Positions 1-16,383 are shown, counted from the first letter of the stretch. The stretch: DNA of 64,000 bases from the human T2T-CHM13v2.0 reference genome, Homo sapiens (GCF_009914755.1 NC_060928.1), one strand, 5' to 3'. Notes: a model not told the origin generated them from the letters alone. Translations and numbers: made by a program.

Positions 1-669
1 GATTCCTTTAGAAATTACATTTTGAAAAGATTACATATTTATCTATGTCAAGTAAAACTATCAGATATGTAGAGGTCATGTTAATAGTAGTTATCTCTGA
101 CGGTAGGATTATGTACAATCTTCATTTATTCTTTGCTCTTGTATATCTTTTGTAGTCAGAAACAAAAAACAAAAAACAAAACATGTGTTTTAAAAATCAG
201 TCTTCAGTCCCATTGCCTTGGGGATATGGTATGTGCGCAGGAGACCAAACCCACAGGCAAACAGTGATGACAACAAGAGGTTCAAATAGAAGGAGAGGTT
301 CTGCGTGCCAGGGCAGAGAAATCCAGGAAAAATGGGTGTTGGCTGGTTCCTGGGGGATGTGTTGCTCTGAGAAAAAATGACAAAAGTTCTACTTTTACTT
401 CAGAAATAAGAAATGGCCTTTAACCCAAGAGAGAAATAGAGGAAGGCACCAAGTTTTAAGTTTAGCAAAGGCGGGGTGTTGTGGATCAGAGGTGGCCCCT
501 TTGTGGCCTCCCAAGAGGCAAGGACCCTCTGTCCCCCAGTGCTCCCCTGTCCCCAGTCTGTGAGGCCCTCACCTTCCCCCAGGAACACCTTTGAAATGGA
601 GCAAAGAGTTTTAATGACTTTGCTGCAAAAAGCCCTGGCTGGCATCTTCTCCTCTGAAAATGATCTGAG

Positions 670-724
670 TTTCTTTTTCTTTTCTTTCTTTCTCTCTCTC
701 TCTCTCTCTCTTCTTCTTTCTTCT
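670..724 (+). repeat. Pyrimidine-rich (CTTT)/(CT)n simple repeat
   Basis: tttctttttcttttctttcttt ctctctctctctctctctc ttcttctttcttct. Confidence 0.85.
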
Positions 725-949
725 GCATGACTCTGTATGGAGTTACTACATGTGATGCTGATGGATCTTGTAAAGTCTCACCTTCCTTTGTGCCTGCCCT
801 TTTCTCTTCTGAGTCCCAGGCCTATCTCAAGATCTCTGGGAGATGCTCTTACCTAACTCACAGACTCAGCTCACAGAGGGTCCCTGGCTGTGCTGCAGGC
901 TTTGGGGCTTGTGTTTTCTCCATTCATTTGTTGTCAGCCTTCTTTATGG

Positions 950-1480
950 ACTCTTCTTAGATTCTTGGATGAGAAAAAAACCTATAAAAACCCAAGATGG
1001 CCAATTAATAATAATAAGAGAGCACATTAAAACAAGGAGATCTCATTTTCTATCAATTGGCAAAGGTGTTGGAATAATCCCACATGGAGCCCCTGGCATA
1101 TATTCTCTCCTGGCCCTGTCTTGTGAGTGTAAACTGATGCAACATTCCTGGAGGGCAATTTAACAATGGGTACATAGAGCTTTAAGACCATGTCACACCA
1201 GTTGACCTAGCAATTCCACTTTGATTAACCAGTCATAAGGAAGTAATCAGAGATGTCCATGAACAATTAGTTATGCACAAGATGCTCATCAAAGCATCAT
1301 TTATATTAAATAATATTAAATTTATATTTTGTTCTTCTAAAGAGAAAATAGGGCAGTTGATTAAGTGAATAATAAATACATACAATAGAATACTATGCAG
1401 TAATTATAAATCATGTAGCAGAAGTAGATTTGATGATGTTCGAAGTATTTGTGCTTTACTGTCAAATAAAATACTGAAGA
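950..1480 (+). mobile_element. Ancient L1M 3' fragment
   Basis: Diverged L1 motifs such as gacctagcaattccactt, gatgctcatcaaagcatcatttat and caatagaatactatgcag. Confidence 0.55.
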
Positions 1481-1634
1481 GTACACCCAGCCTGCTGTGA
1501 CCACAGCTCTCTCCTCAGTATTCATCAATAGCCACTTGCTTTTGTGACATGTGACACCTGCCTCTTCCCCCAATACCTTGGTCTGTGCTCAAGAAGTATA
1601 GAACAAAATCAGCTTTCCCCAAAGTAGCTTTTTT

Positions 1635-2150
1635 TTTTTAATTGCAAGTGAAAGAAAATCCAAACCAAACAGGCTTAGGAACAAACAGTATTAAATTGGC
1701 TAATAACCCAAAGGCAGGGCTGGATTCAGCTGGGAAACCATCCAATAGTTCCACAATGTCACCACGGACCTGGTTTCTTTTGGGAAGTTATTTGTCTCCC
1801 CTGTCTTTCTTTACGAATGATATCTGAGTTGGTCATTGACAGGGGTTTTTAAATCTCTGCTAGAAAGCCACTGGAGTTGTCCCTCATTTACTTATTCCCT
1901 TAGGATCAGGCAGGATGCAGAGGATTTCTCTTCTGCCCTCCTGGGAGTTGATGGCATATTTAGGCTCATTTTCACATAATGGCTGTAGTAATTCCATCTT
2001 TACCTCACATCTTCCAGAGAAGGAAAGAAAAAAGGTTTGGTAGCTTTTACGCAAGTTCTGGGAGTAATGCCTTCATTTGTCCAAATTCTATCATGTGACC
2101 ATCCCTGAACCAATCACTTAATTGGCAGGGGATGCACTAATTGGCTAGCC
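1635..2150. mobile_element. Probable ancient ERVL/MaLR-type LTR remnants
   Basis: ttgcaagtgaaagaaaatccaaaccaaacaggctta and catgtgaccatccctgaaccaatcact resemble old MLT1/LTR33-type consensus segments. Confidence 0.4.
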
Positions 2151-3229
2151 CTGGAGGTTATGAGAGGTGGGAGGAGGAATCCACAGGGCAAAGGAAACAC
2201 ATATTACAAAAAGAAAAGACACAATAGTCACATAAGTATGAAAAAGGTTAAACAGTCACTTATTTCTTTCTCAGAGCCTTCAATATGTTAATGTATACCT
2301 ATTATACTTTTACAATATGCATGATCAAGAAAGAGTTAGGAAGAGCGGGGCTGAATATGTAGGATTTCACACAGAGCACACTGAAGAATGCTGGAATGAA
2401 CCTCAGGAAGATCGGTGACCTGTAGATAGGGTGGCCATTTATCCCAATCTGCCTGGGACAGTCCTACTTTATCCCTGCTGCTCCAGTTTCATCACCATTA
2501 GCCCCTACATTCACTCTCAGAAGGGCCCCAATTTGAATGATAAATTATATGGTCACTTCCAGTGACCTGTATTGAGGACTCCAAGTTGCTCCATGTTGGA
2601 GATTGTGAATCACTGACCCAATCAGACCTACTCTCGGAGGGCTGTGAATTTGAGAGTAAGAAAAAGAGAAACATTAGGAAAAAACCGAAACAGAGAAGCA
2701 CAAGCAGTAGTGGCATAGACGGAGGAAGGCTGAATCCTGGGTGTGGTGGGTCCCAGAGCAGGAGCCATAGGGTACGGCAGGGGAGCCCAAGGAAATCAGC
2801 CAACCCCAGGCACCCTGACTCTCCCGACTGTTAGGCTGCTGAGATGCTGTCCTGGGTCAACTCACTCTCTAGGATGCTTGCACAATCTTCATCCCTGGAG
2901 CTCCCCTGAGCACACCTGCATGGCTCACCACAGCCTTTCTCAGTGTGGTTCTCAACTCTGGCTGCCCATCAGAACCACATTTGCCACTGTTAGGATATAC
3001 AGACCATCAAAACACCTCCACTCTCTGCCCCAGCTTTTTTATTTACCAGGAAACATATTTCAAAATGATAGCTTCAAAAACCTGGTTTGTTCCAGATGAT
3101 GAGATTATAGCATGTTTTAATATATTCTCCTTTGTTCTTTGTCATATTTTCCAAAAGTTCCGCAATGAACAAATATTTCTTTGGTAATAAGAAAAAAATA
3201 GCTATTAGAAAATAAGAAAGTAGAAGTAA

Positions 3230-4878
3230 TCCCTTACATTTATGATCAGTTAATTGTCAACAAGGGTGACAAGGTAATTCAACAAGGGAAAAAAATCATC
3301 CTCTTCAACAGATGATGCCGGGACCACTGGATATCCACAAGCAAAAGAATGAAGTTGGACCTTCATACCATTATTAACTCAAAGTGAATCACACACCTAA
3401 ATGTAAGAGCTAAAACTATAGAACTCTTTTAGAATAAAACATAAGTATAAATCTTCATAGAACTAGGGTCATGGGTTTCTTAGATACAACAACAAAAAGG
3501 AACAAGAGAAAACAACAACAACAACAAAGATAAATTGGACCTTATCTAATTTAAAAACTTTTGTGCTTCAAAGGACACCATTAAACAAGGGAAAAGGCCA
3601 CCCAGAGTATGGGAGAAAATATTTGAATTTCTCCCACGTAACATGTAAAGAACTCTTGCAGCTCAACAATAAAAAAGATAATTTAAAAATAGGCAGAAGA
3701 TTTGAATATATATTTCTATAAAGAAGATAGACAAATAGCCAATAAGCATATGAAAAGGTGCTCAACATCAGTAGTCACTGAGGAAATGCAAATCAAAATC
3801 ACAGTGAGATACCTGACTTCACATCCACTAGGATGTACTAAAATAAAAGAAGACAATAATATATGTTGGTGAGGATATGAAGAAACTGGAACCCTCCTAC
3901 ATTCCTCATGGGACTATAAAATTGTGCAGCCCCTTTGAAGAACAGTTTAGCAGCTCCTCAAAAGGTTAAATATAATGTTATCATATGACCCAGCAATTCC
4001 ACTCCTAGGTATATACCCAAGAGAAATGAAAACATATGTCTACACAAAACTCATACATGAATATTCATAGCAGCATTATTTATAGTAGCCTAAAGGTGAA
4101 AACAACCCAAATATCCATCAGCGATTGAATGAATAAATAAAATGTGGCATAAACATACAATGTAAGTATTCAACAATTAAAAAAAAAAAAGGAATGGGCC
4201 CAGCCTGGTGGCTCCTGCCTATAATCTCAGCACTTTGGGAGGTCAAGGCAGGAGGATTGTTTTGAGTCCAGGAGCTTGAGACTAGCCTGGGCAACATAGT
4301 GAATGTCTCTACCAAAAACAAACAAACAAAAATAGCTGGGTGTGGTAGGGTGGGCCTGTAGTCCCAGCTACTGCGGTGGAGGGGAGGGCACCTGAGGTGG
4401 GAGGATCACTTGAGCCAAGGAGGTTGAGGCTGCAGTTACCTGTGATTGTGCCACTGCGCTTCAGCCTCGGTGAGAGTGAGACCCTGTCTCAAAAAAAAAA
4501 AAATTTAAAGAAATATTTTTTAAAAATTTAAAAAAGAATGGAATACTGATACAAGCAACGACATGAATGGACCTTGAAAACTGTATTAAGTGAAAGAGGC
4601 CAGTCACAAAAGATCACACATTGTATGAGTCCATGTATATGAAATGTCCAAAACCATCGAAGTGATAGAGGCAGAAAACATATTAGTAGTTGCTGCGGGC
4701 ATGGGTTAGTGATTGCTAACGAGTTTGAGATTCCTTTTTTGGGTAACGAAAATGTTCTAAAGTTAGACAGTGGTGATGGTTGCGCAAGTCTATAAATATA
4801 CTAAAAACAACTGAATTGTACATTTGAAAGGGTAAACTTTTGGGTACATAAATTATATCTCAATAAAGCTGTTATTAA
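3230..4878 (+). mobile_element. L1M(B-like) 3' end, interrupted by an Alu
   Basis: ORF2-end and 3'UTR motifs (aaaagaatgaagttggac, catatgacccagcaattccactcctaggtatatacccaagagaaatgaaaac), ending in ctcaataaagctgtt. Confidence 0.85.
4197..4503 (+). mobile_element. Alu (AluJ-like) inserted in L1
   Basis: Dimeric Alu with A tail and aaaaa(g)gaatg flanking duplication. Confidence 0.92.
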
Positions 4879-5169
4879 ACACAGTACCAAACAAGGAAGT
4901 CAGGTGCAAAAGCATGTGAAAGTAAACTGAGGGCATTTCTAGAAGGGCAGAGGTTAGAAAAGTGGGAAGGGCTGGGAGTTAATAAAAATGAATGAGGTGG
5001 TAGGGCAGGGGGTCCCTGAGCCCCATCCTGCCTCAGCTGGCCACAGCCTGCTCCACTGGTCTACCAGACTGGATTCCTTTAACTGCCATAGTGTTCCAGG
5101 ACATTTTTAAAAATCAAAAGATAATTGGGTCCGGGGACGATTATATCTTGCTAATCCATCTGCTCCTAT

Positions 5170-6380
<1,211 letters not shown>

Positions 6381-9197
6381 GCCTTTTTAAAAATATTACA
6401 ATTTTACATAAACATTTCAATTTTACATAAAAGTAAAGAAAATAGTATAAAGAAATCTCACATTCCAGTCCCTTAGGTCTAACAACTGCTAAAATTTTTT
6501 TGGTATATTCACATCATCTGTTTTTATTTTTATCTCTAACAAAGATTTTTAAAACATGTAACTATAAAAACTGCAATGTCACTATCACATCTCACAAAAT
6601 AAACGCTAATTCCTAAATATCACCTATGATAAGTCATTGCTTAATCTTGGCTGACTGTTAAAAAAGGCATTTTTATAGTTGAGGTGGTGAAATCAGGTTT
6701 ACACTGGATTTGGCTAATTGTATCTTCATGGTGTGATTTAAGATGTTCATCTATCTCCCATATTTCTTATAAACTAGAATTAGATCCAGGAGCTTGATTA
6801 TATATCCCCCAAAGTTAAAAACGTTAATGAGGAAGCCTACACCCTGAATGAGACTTTGAGACTTTGTACTTTGAAGAAACTTCTCTCTCGTGGAAGTGAA
6901 TGCCCTCCAGACCCTATGTTCAGGAAGAAGCAAGAGGCTTTAAGGCTGCCAGGAATTCACTGCTGATGATGCCCAGTGGAAATGTCAGGAGAAATGTAAC
7001 CAGGCTCATATTTTATTAAGGTTGTGATTGTTGTTTGCGAGTGCTTTGGTTACCAAGTTCCATTGGTTTTTATGGACTGCCCCAACTCTATTTTTCCCAT
7101 AAGCCCTATTATTTTTTAGCATGCCATTTTGTAGAACTCAGAGTTTTTAGCAATGTATATGTGATGTTAGAGCAGAAATGCCAATACATTTTTCTTGAAA
7201 AGAATAGAAGGCAGTCAGGTCAGTCCTGGAAATCTGAGAACGTTTGGTGTCTCTGTATGCAAGGCCCCTCTTGGCCTGTTTCCATTGCCACAGAGCCTGA
7301 CAGTCCTCTTGAGGAACCCTTGGGTTGCAGCTCCCCCTCAGCACCTCCTCGTGGTCCACAGGGAGGGGTCCGGGCCTGGCAGGGCCTTGCCTCTGTTTGC
7401 AGCTTCTCTTGATTCTTCTGATTCTGCTTCATTTACTCCCATAGCCTCTGTCCCTGCACCAGGGCAGCAAGACCAGTTTCTTTTACAAAATGTTATGAGT
7501 CAGCTCCCTGCCCGTCCTCAGGACAGCAAATTGAGCTCCCTCATCTGCCGTGCAAGAAGGGCCTTTCGGAAATGTTAATTAATGATGAGGCCATGCATTG
7601 ACAGACCAAGCTCAGGAAACAGCTCGTGCGTGCCAGGTGATTCTGTTCCCAGGCAAAACAGTAGACATACTGCTGCTTTGGGAGTTAGGGGGTTTTTTTA
7701 GTGATTCATTTGTAGTGCTGGGAGAAATGATTTTTCTTTTAGTTTTCTCTCTTTCTCTATTTTACTCTGTTCCCTGCCCCCCAATCAATTTTTCAACAAG
7801 TAATTCCAAAGTCTTGGTGCCAGGTGTCTTAGAGAGTGAGAAAATTAAGTTTTAACTAAAATGTATGTCTTACAAAACAAAGGAACAAACAAAATACACC
7901 TACTGGTGCTTTTAGAAAGAAGGCCACTGGGTGGATGATAGTTGCAAAATCAACAGAACTACGTTGTGTGACCGGGCCCTACATCACATCTTCCCACTTG
8001 GGTACCCCATCTCCTCCCTATTCCAAAGACCAGGGGGCACCACCAGATCCCCCTTGGAACATGGAGTCATGTAGACCGAGCCTGGCAGCGGGACTGCTCC
8101 CTCCTTCTTTGGGAGAGAGGCCCCTGGGAGCATCCCCACCTATCCTCCGGGCAGGGGAATTGGGTGGGTCTCAGGCTGCAGCTGGAGTTTTGTCACCAGG
8201 CCAGTGGTCACCTCACTGCACCATGTTATGTGATGGAAGAATTTCCACATCTGCAGGTGACTCTGGAGTGGTTTGTGCTATGTCCTTTCAGATTCCTTCT
8301 CGGCTACAGTTCCCACACATGAGGCTCCAGGAATGTTTTTGAGGTTCTTGACTCAAATAAGGTGGGAGTGCACACAGAGGGCCTCACTCCTCACTGCCCA
8401 GAACTCGAGATGACCGTGAGCTTCCTTCCATTCCTAACCCTCCTTCTTGGGATCCTTCTTTTAAAAATTTCCCCTGCTTTCCTGAATCCCTATTTCCTCC
8501 CATTTCTCTGAACATTCTACTCCCTTCCTCAGAAATCATGTCACAAGTTTCTTCTTGTATCTTACATATTCCCCAACTTCCAGAACTTCCTGGAACTGGA
8601 CAAAGAGGAGGGCCAGCTTTAGTTTCCTGGGTAGAGGCCAATCTCCAATCTCCACCACCATCTGTTTGACGAGTCAAATGACAGACACACATTCAGCCTC
8701 TTTTGCTCATTGGTAAATTAGAGATAAAACTCACCCATTTCTCAGGCTTGCTGTAGTATCAAAAACTGGCTTGCTGAGAGGTGGCCATTATTACTACTGA
8801 TGGTGCAAATGGAACACCATTTTAGTTTCAAAACGGTGTTTCCAGCCAGGTCAGCTGCCTAGCACCTTTCCCATAAAGTTGGACCTCAAGGCTGCAGGTC
8901 GAGGGCAACCTAAATGTGGTCAGCCTGCCGAGCCCCAACTCCCAGCCAGCTTGCAGGTTCCTCTCTTGGACCCTCCAGGAGCCTCCATACTGCAGCTACT
9001 CTCTCAGGGGTCTGTTCAGCCAATGATGGCTTCCAAAACCTCCCCCTTCAGACCAGACCCTAGGGCCTTCCCCTGCTCTGCAGAGTGAGAGAAGTGGGGT
9101 CCTAGGGCAAATGCCAGGCGGAGCTCTACAACCACCTTCCAGATCCAGATTCAAGGAAGGGCTTTCCCAACCTCTTTCCAAGTTCACTCCCACCTTT

Positions 9198-9497
9198 CTT
9201 TTTGTTTATTTTTTTGAGACAGGGTCTCGTTCTATCACCCAGGCTGGAATGCAGTGGGGCAATCACGACTCACTGCAACCTCCACTTCCTGGGCTCAGTG
9301 ATCCTCCCATCTCGGCCCCTTGAGTAGCTGGGACTACAGGTGCAAGCCACCACGCCCGGCTAATTTTTTGTATTTTTTGTACAGACAGGGTTTCATCTTG
9401 TTGCCCAGGCTGGTCTCGAACTCCTGGACTTAAGTTATCCACCTGCCTCAGCCTCCCAAGGTGCTGAGATAACAGGTGTGAGCCACCGCCGCCAGCC
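9198..9497 (-). mobile_element. Alu (AluJ-like)
   Basis: Poly-T then gagacagggtctcg...gtgagccaccgccgccagcc. Confidence 0.93.
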
Positions 9498-10894
9498 ATC
9501 CTGCCTTTTAACTGGCAAAGCCTGGGGATGGATAGTTGGAGGTGGCACAGAATGTGGCACGTGACAGTTCCACAGACTCAAACCAGCTCTCTCAGGTTTT
9601 CTAGCTCAGTTGAAAATAATCGTTTACAGGGTGGGATGGGGGAGCATTGGTATTTCATTCCTTACAAAGCTCCTGTTGGGGCTGGAGGGTCAGTCTACAA
9701 TATGTCTGATGAGATTTATTGTCTTATGGGAGTCCAGTTCCTTTATCTGATTCCCAAAAGTTTTGCCTGAAACCCAGACCCTGTAATAAGACAGCCACCA
9801 GAGTGTGTCAGAAGTCACTGAGAACCACATTTCTTCAGAGTAGTTGGATTTGGGGAACAGGGAGTAATATTTTTTCCACAAATCAATTCTGCTGAAGGAT
9901 GGTGTGCCCTCCCACCCTCTGAAATCCCAGGAAGCTTCTGTCATGTGCAGTAGCAATTCAGCGTCCACTTGGTAAAAATAGCTTTTTAATTTATTGACTG
10001 GCAAAATACTCTATTTATCAAACCATTCTGGGTTCTTCTAAAGATAAAATGGAGGTAAAACCCAAAAGGAAAATTAAAGCTTTAATGCAGTCTTGCAGAC
10101 TTCTGCTTCATTTCATTGTAAATTGCGTGCAATAAAACATAGCATCGGCAGCCTGCATAAAGCAGCTGTATAATTTTCTTTTGTGCAGGGAACTAATTCT
10201 GAAGACTTCTCACCTAAGAGAAGGCTTACGATGGTGGATGACTCCCGTACACTAATTATGTCTTCCTTTATTTCTTTGGCTTGAACTCTTAATTTGCTTA
10301 CAGTTTAATGAACATCAGTTCTTGCTGAGAAATATCTAAGTACCTGGGAGATTGAACACTTAGGCAGTCAAATGCTCTCACTCCCAACACTAATCTTCAA
10401 ACCCTCTGCATTCTAAACAGACTTCTAAAGGAGAGTGGCTCTTTAAAGGCTTGTGAATCACTTTTGAGCAGTAACTGTACACTTAAATTAAAAGCCATGA
10501 TCTGGCAGGAGACTTGGGTTGTGCTTTAAAAAAAGAAAAGAAAAGGCTTTCCTAGTTCAGGTACAAGGCATGAATTGCTGGTTTCTATCATTGCCTGATG
10601 CAAAAACCATGAATTGTATAGCTGTTTGTTTCCCTGACTTTGGTCTTCCCAAGAGTTTCTCCAAAAAGGCTTAGTTACTTTCTGCAGGTGTTTTCCCTTT
10701 ATCTCTGAGAATTTAGAAACTGAGGAGCTGGAGAAGCAGGGAGGGGGTTTCCAACCTGGACCTTGCCTCTCATTTCCAAGGTCTCTTTCCTTTAACACTT
10801 CACTCCTGGAATGGTGATGCTGAGCTTACTTTGATGGCAGATAATTTCAATATATATCATTACAATTAATGGCCATTATGTGCTTCACTTGCCA

Positions 10895-11060
10895 TGACTT
10901 CTCAAATTTCAGTATTTGAGATGAAGGACCATTCAGATCAGCACCGGAGGGTGAATGTACAGATTCTGGTTCAGCAGGTCTGGAACAGGACCCAAGAGCC
11001 TGCATTTCCAAGCAGCTCTCTGGTGAGGGTGCTGCTGCCGCAGGACACTCTGAGTAGTAA
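10895..11060. mobile_element. MER5-type (hAT-Charlie) DNA transposon remnant
   Basis: cagattctggttcagcaggtctggaacaggacccaagagcctgcatttccaagcagctc. Confidence 0.65.
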
Positions 11061-11749
11061 GAACGAAGCTCTGTACCTGGATAGTCTGAGTTCTTCTTCA
11101 TTATGGCGTCTGAGGTAGTACTCTTACAGATGAGGCCACCGATGTGCAAAAACAGGAAGTAATGTACCTGAGGTCAACGAGCTGTAAACGGCAGAGTCTG
11201 AAATTGATTCCGTTCCATTTGATTCCAAAGCCTGAGAATACAACCCCTGCACATTGCTCCTGCATTTTTCAGTAGGTGCTCTTGTGAAAAGGAAGACATG
11301 AAATGAATTGGTTCATTGCTCTTAATCCAGAATATTCTGTGGGTAGTCCTTGTTAAAGCCAATAAGCCATCTCTTAATTTACCACCATTGTCAATCAAGG
11401 TTTGTGTCCAGCTGGGCATCACTGTGTTGCCATAGGAGAACCCAACCTCGACAAGCGCTGAGTAGCCAATGTAGGCTGGCCCAGTGCTCCTGGCAAGGTA
11501 AGGGAGGAATCAGTGTGACGGAGATCTCTGGTCACATCTCTCTAATGCTTTCAGCACTCCCCAAGGAAGCCATTTTCTCTCTGATGACGTTGGGTCAGAT
11601 TACTCAGAAGTGGATTGTAAACGGACAAGGAAACTTTTGCACTTCACTTGAGAATTTCAAATGGCACAATGTGTTGCTTCTTCATTTGGGTGAAATAATT
11701 CACTTTTTTCTAACACTGCACATTTAAGTCAGGGCCCTAAAGAGAGGAG

Positions 11750-11997
11750 CAACAGCACATGGTGGTTAAATGTGTCCACACTGGAGCCAGAATGTCTGGG
11801 TTCAAACCCTGGCTTAGCTAGCTGCTATGGACTTGGGTGATTTACATAACCTTTCTGTGCCTCTGTTTTCTCACCTGAAAAGGAGAGGATGATAACAATA
11901 TTCCCCTCATAGGCTTACTGTGAGGATTACAGAATTTATACATGTGAGGTCCCTTGCCATGGGATAGCACCTCAAAAACGTGAGCTGCCATTATTAA
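11750..11997 (+). mobile_element. MIR
   Basis: MIR core: ctgggttcaaaccctggct...tctgtgcctctgttttctcacctgaaa...tgtgaggatta. Confidence 0.8.
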
Positions 11998-14429
11998 CAG
12001 GAAGCTGGAACAGCCTTGCGGAGAGTGCTCCCTGAAATGTGGGCGATGTTTCTTTCTTCTATACCTATAGCCCCAGGAGCTAATTTTACTGATTCTTTAC
12101 AATAGGGAATAATGGGAAAATAAACTTCTGCAAAGAATTGACACTATAAGTAGTCCAAAGCAGAGAGAGAGAAAAATGTATACGTGACTGTTAGCACTTT
12201 TATGGATGATGCTTCTGTTTACACGTTGAGTCTTGAGGCTATTTAAATTAAGACCTTCTGCTTTGACTACAGCTGTGTGCACAGGCGATGTTTGCTGAGC
12301 CCAGTTCCTGTGCTATCATTGCAGGACTGAAATGCAAACATACTTGTAAAGAGGAAACACACTTTTATTTCCTAAGGGCCCTCTAATCAAGGCAAAAGCT
12401 ATTACTTGATCGCATAATTAACCTTAGGAATAGAAGTGTAAACAGCACAATTCATGAATTTGTTAATTGGTCTTCCCTGCTACTGATATTAGCCCAAGTT
12501 GATCTGTTGTTCTCCTCTGTTGATTATCTTAAATAGGAAGTTTTCTAATTTGGATTTCTCCAGGGTAAGCAAGGGAAAAGAGTGAAGTAAGATATTTTTA
12601 ACAGATTGAGAATATTCTGTAATTTTTTTTTCTTCGAGGTGGACACAACTGGAGGGAAGATACTATATATGTTATCAGATTTGGACCTCTTTCCAGATTT
12701 CCATTCTGTGCAGTGATTAGCCACATATCTGGCTTTCCCCCAACCTCACCCCCCAGGCAGTGAATACATAAAACAACCAGTAATGTTTCATAGGCAGCCA
12801 TGCTTCCTGGACTCTGAATCTCAGTCTAATTTGGTTCTAATTTATTTTCCCCATTGCAATGACTCCTTAGCTGAGCGGAAATAAACAGAAACACTGGGGG
12901 GTTGTGTAGACTCAGGTCCTGCAGGTGGAGAACATGTGTGTGTGTGTGTATTAGTCTGGGGTGGGGAGGCTTTGAGGAATATAGTACCGAGATCCCTCTC
13001 CCATGAATTTTAAAGAATTGTACTCACCAACCAGGAAACTTGAATTCTGAGAAAAGTGGACATGGTACATCTGTAGTAGGAACTTGGGCCAAGTTCCAGA
13101 AACAGCCAATCAACACTTCAGAGATTCTTTCATTCTTTCATTGGAGTCCCTCATTATGACACCTAGTTATTCAATTAAATTAGACCTTAAGCCTCTAAGG
13201 GCTGCTTTAATTTAAAAAAAAAATTCACTGAGGGTAGTGATACTAGGCCTGATTTATTCACACATACCTAAAAATATTTGCAGAGACATCTGAGCAATCA
13301 TCACTGACGAATTCAGAAAATTAAGAAGCTGCCCACTTCAACCAACAGGCAACTTCAGTTAAGAAGGAATGGTTAAAAAGCCCTTAACAAAGAGAAACTT
13401 GCTAGTGGTCTCTCTAGCTGCTTTGAAACCTTAAGGAATCTTGCTGGGTAAGAGTCTAGGTCACCAAGCGGAAAGCCACAGTGAAACATATACAAATGAA
13501 TAGCCCGTGGCTATGGGATTCAAACACCACAAACCACCAAGTGCAGAGACATGGAATGTCTGTGGTTTGGGGGCCTTCTGGCAAAACAGGATGTGTTCAG
13601 AAGGATCAGGTGGCAGCAGTCTGTCATTTAGACCTTAGGACTTAGCCTGGAGAGCTGAGCTGACACAGGGAGCCCCCCAGGCTGACTGCCATGCCTGTGG
13701 GTGGGCCTCTGAGGCTCTCACTGGCTCTAGGCCTTTAGAGAGAGCAGCCAGGGCAGATGATTTCATGGGCAATGTCTCTGACTGTCTTGGGCAGATTTGG
13801 AAAGTCAGGAGTAACTCACAGTGATGGCACACCCTGTCACAGCTGGGCTGCGGACCAATGTACACCCAGACCAATTCACACTGCACACTTCCAGGTATGA
13901 AAGACCTTTGGTCATCATGGGAATTATGAACTCACCCTAAGGATTCCATGCAGTGGGACTAATAGAGGTGCACAGAAGTCCTTCCAACTCATTGCTTCTG
14001 CTCTTCTATGGACCCCACTCTGGCCTTTTTGAAATTTTGATCTAGAATTTCAAGGGAAAAAATAGAGTCCCAGAAGGGATACTCTGAACTTCACTTTATA
14101 AAAAGTTCAGTCATTTTCATTTTACTGAAAAGCATTTCCATGTGGAGAAAACACTTAAGATACCTGGTGGGAGAATCTGGAAATAAACCCCAATGAAAGT
14201 TAGGAGGAGGTGATGGGAAAACAGGTTGGAGAGGGGAGAGGGCACTTATATCCTTGAGGATCCCCAAGTGGCTGGTCCTCTTGATATAAGATGCATGGGG
14301 TTACAGCTCAGTTTATCCATCTGCACATGCTCAAATCAGAACCTGAAGTCAAAAGCTCTGGATTCTGCTAGTTCCAGATCTTAATATATGATGGTTTCCA
14401 CCTTGAGACTGATGAATGCTGCTAACAGT

Positions 14430-14620
14430 GATATTATCAAGTACTTTTTATTAAGAACTCATGAGCCAGAGACTATGCTAAGCACATTACCTACATCATC
14501 TGTTCAGTCTTCAGCAGCCTGATGAGGTTAGGACTATTATTGTGCCTGTTTTACAGATGAAACAAGAGACCAGAGAACTGAGGTAATTTGCCCACACATG
14601 GATTCCATCCTAGCCTCTAT
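14430..14620 (-). mobile_element. MIR
   Basis: actatgctaagcac...ctattattgtgcctgttttacagatgaaac...aggtaatttgccc. Confidence 0.7.
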
Positions 14621-16055
14621 CTAGCTATACAACTCCTCCAGGAAGAGCACCCCTAAGGCCCTCTTTGTGACATGAGACTGACTAGATAGATCATTCTTGT
14701 TGATGGATTCTACTGGCATGGGTAAAGAAAGGTCACTATTTCTGAAATCTGCCATACTGACTTTTTTTTGCAGAGGGTGTTGGGGGAACTTGCTTTAAAA
14801 AATATATTTCTAGCAAAGTAATGCAAATACTCAAAGTATATAAAAATGCTATAACCCTCCACTTTCCCCCCAACCATAGAGGCAAATATTTTTAACTTTT
14901 AGCTAACTCTTCTGATATATACATATATATATGTCCCATCTTTATATAATATGTGCACCTTATTTTTTCATTTTAGACATTAATAACTTCTAATTATGGT
15001 AGATGAGGATTTAACTCTCCCTCTACTATCCTCTCCCCCCCACTGATGTTTTAGCAATCATAATCATAGTATTTACATTTTTATGGCTACATAAATATAG
15101 TTTAGTATAGTTTCTAGGGCTAACTAGTATACTATGTTTTTAAACATACTTTTAAAAATTAATAATTGCCTTATTTTTATCTGTTGCATAGCTTTTTATA
15201 TGTTGAACCGTAAAAAATTTCTAAGTGTACCATCAGCTGTTCGGAACGCTGAGACTTTTTTTCTCTAAAAGCTCTGGCATGATAATAAGATGATTATCAT
15301 TTCCTTTTGTACGCTTGGGATGTTTCTTCCATTACTTTCCCTGCTTACACCTCAACTGCTAGTTCTTGAATTCAAATGCCCACCTACCATCCTAGAACTC
15401 CCTTCACCCATCTCCTGTGTTAAAATCCCTATTTTCTGCCACGTTTTTCTTGATTGTGGTTTGTTGGACCACATATTCATTTCAGAAAGAAAAGGTTTCT
15501 GAGAGGGAGTGCTTTGTGTCCTTCCATGCTGAAAATGTCTTTATTCTCCCTCCCACTTGATTATTTGGCTGGTGTAAATTCTAAATTGAAAATACTTTGC
15601 CTGTACAATTTCGAAGACTTTGTCTTCTATTATAGCATCCAATGTTGCTATTGAGAAGTCCAAAATTCCAATTCTTATTTTATTTAACCCCGACTTTTCT
15701 CTCCACAAGTTTTTAGGAAGGTCTTTTTAGCCTAGGTGCTTCAAAATTTCATAATGATGAACATGGATGGGCAGTTTTTTTTCATTCATTTATTCAAAGG
15801 GCACCCAGTGGGTCCTTGTCATCTAGGGGTTTTCTGTCATCCAATTCTGTTCATTTTTCTTGCAGTTAAAAACATTCTATTCTTTGTTTTCTATTTTCTG
15901 TTTTGGACACCCTGTTATTTGAATGTCAGATGTCCCAGACTGATCCTCTAAGTTTTTAATATTTTTTCTACTAATTTCCATCTCTTCCTTTAACTTTTGT
16001 TTGATTTCCTCAATTTTTATTTTCAGTTTAAGGTTTTCTTATGAAATTTCCATTA

Positions 16056-16383
<328 letters not shown>

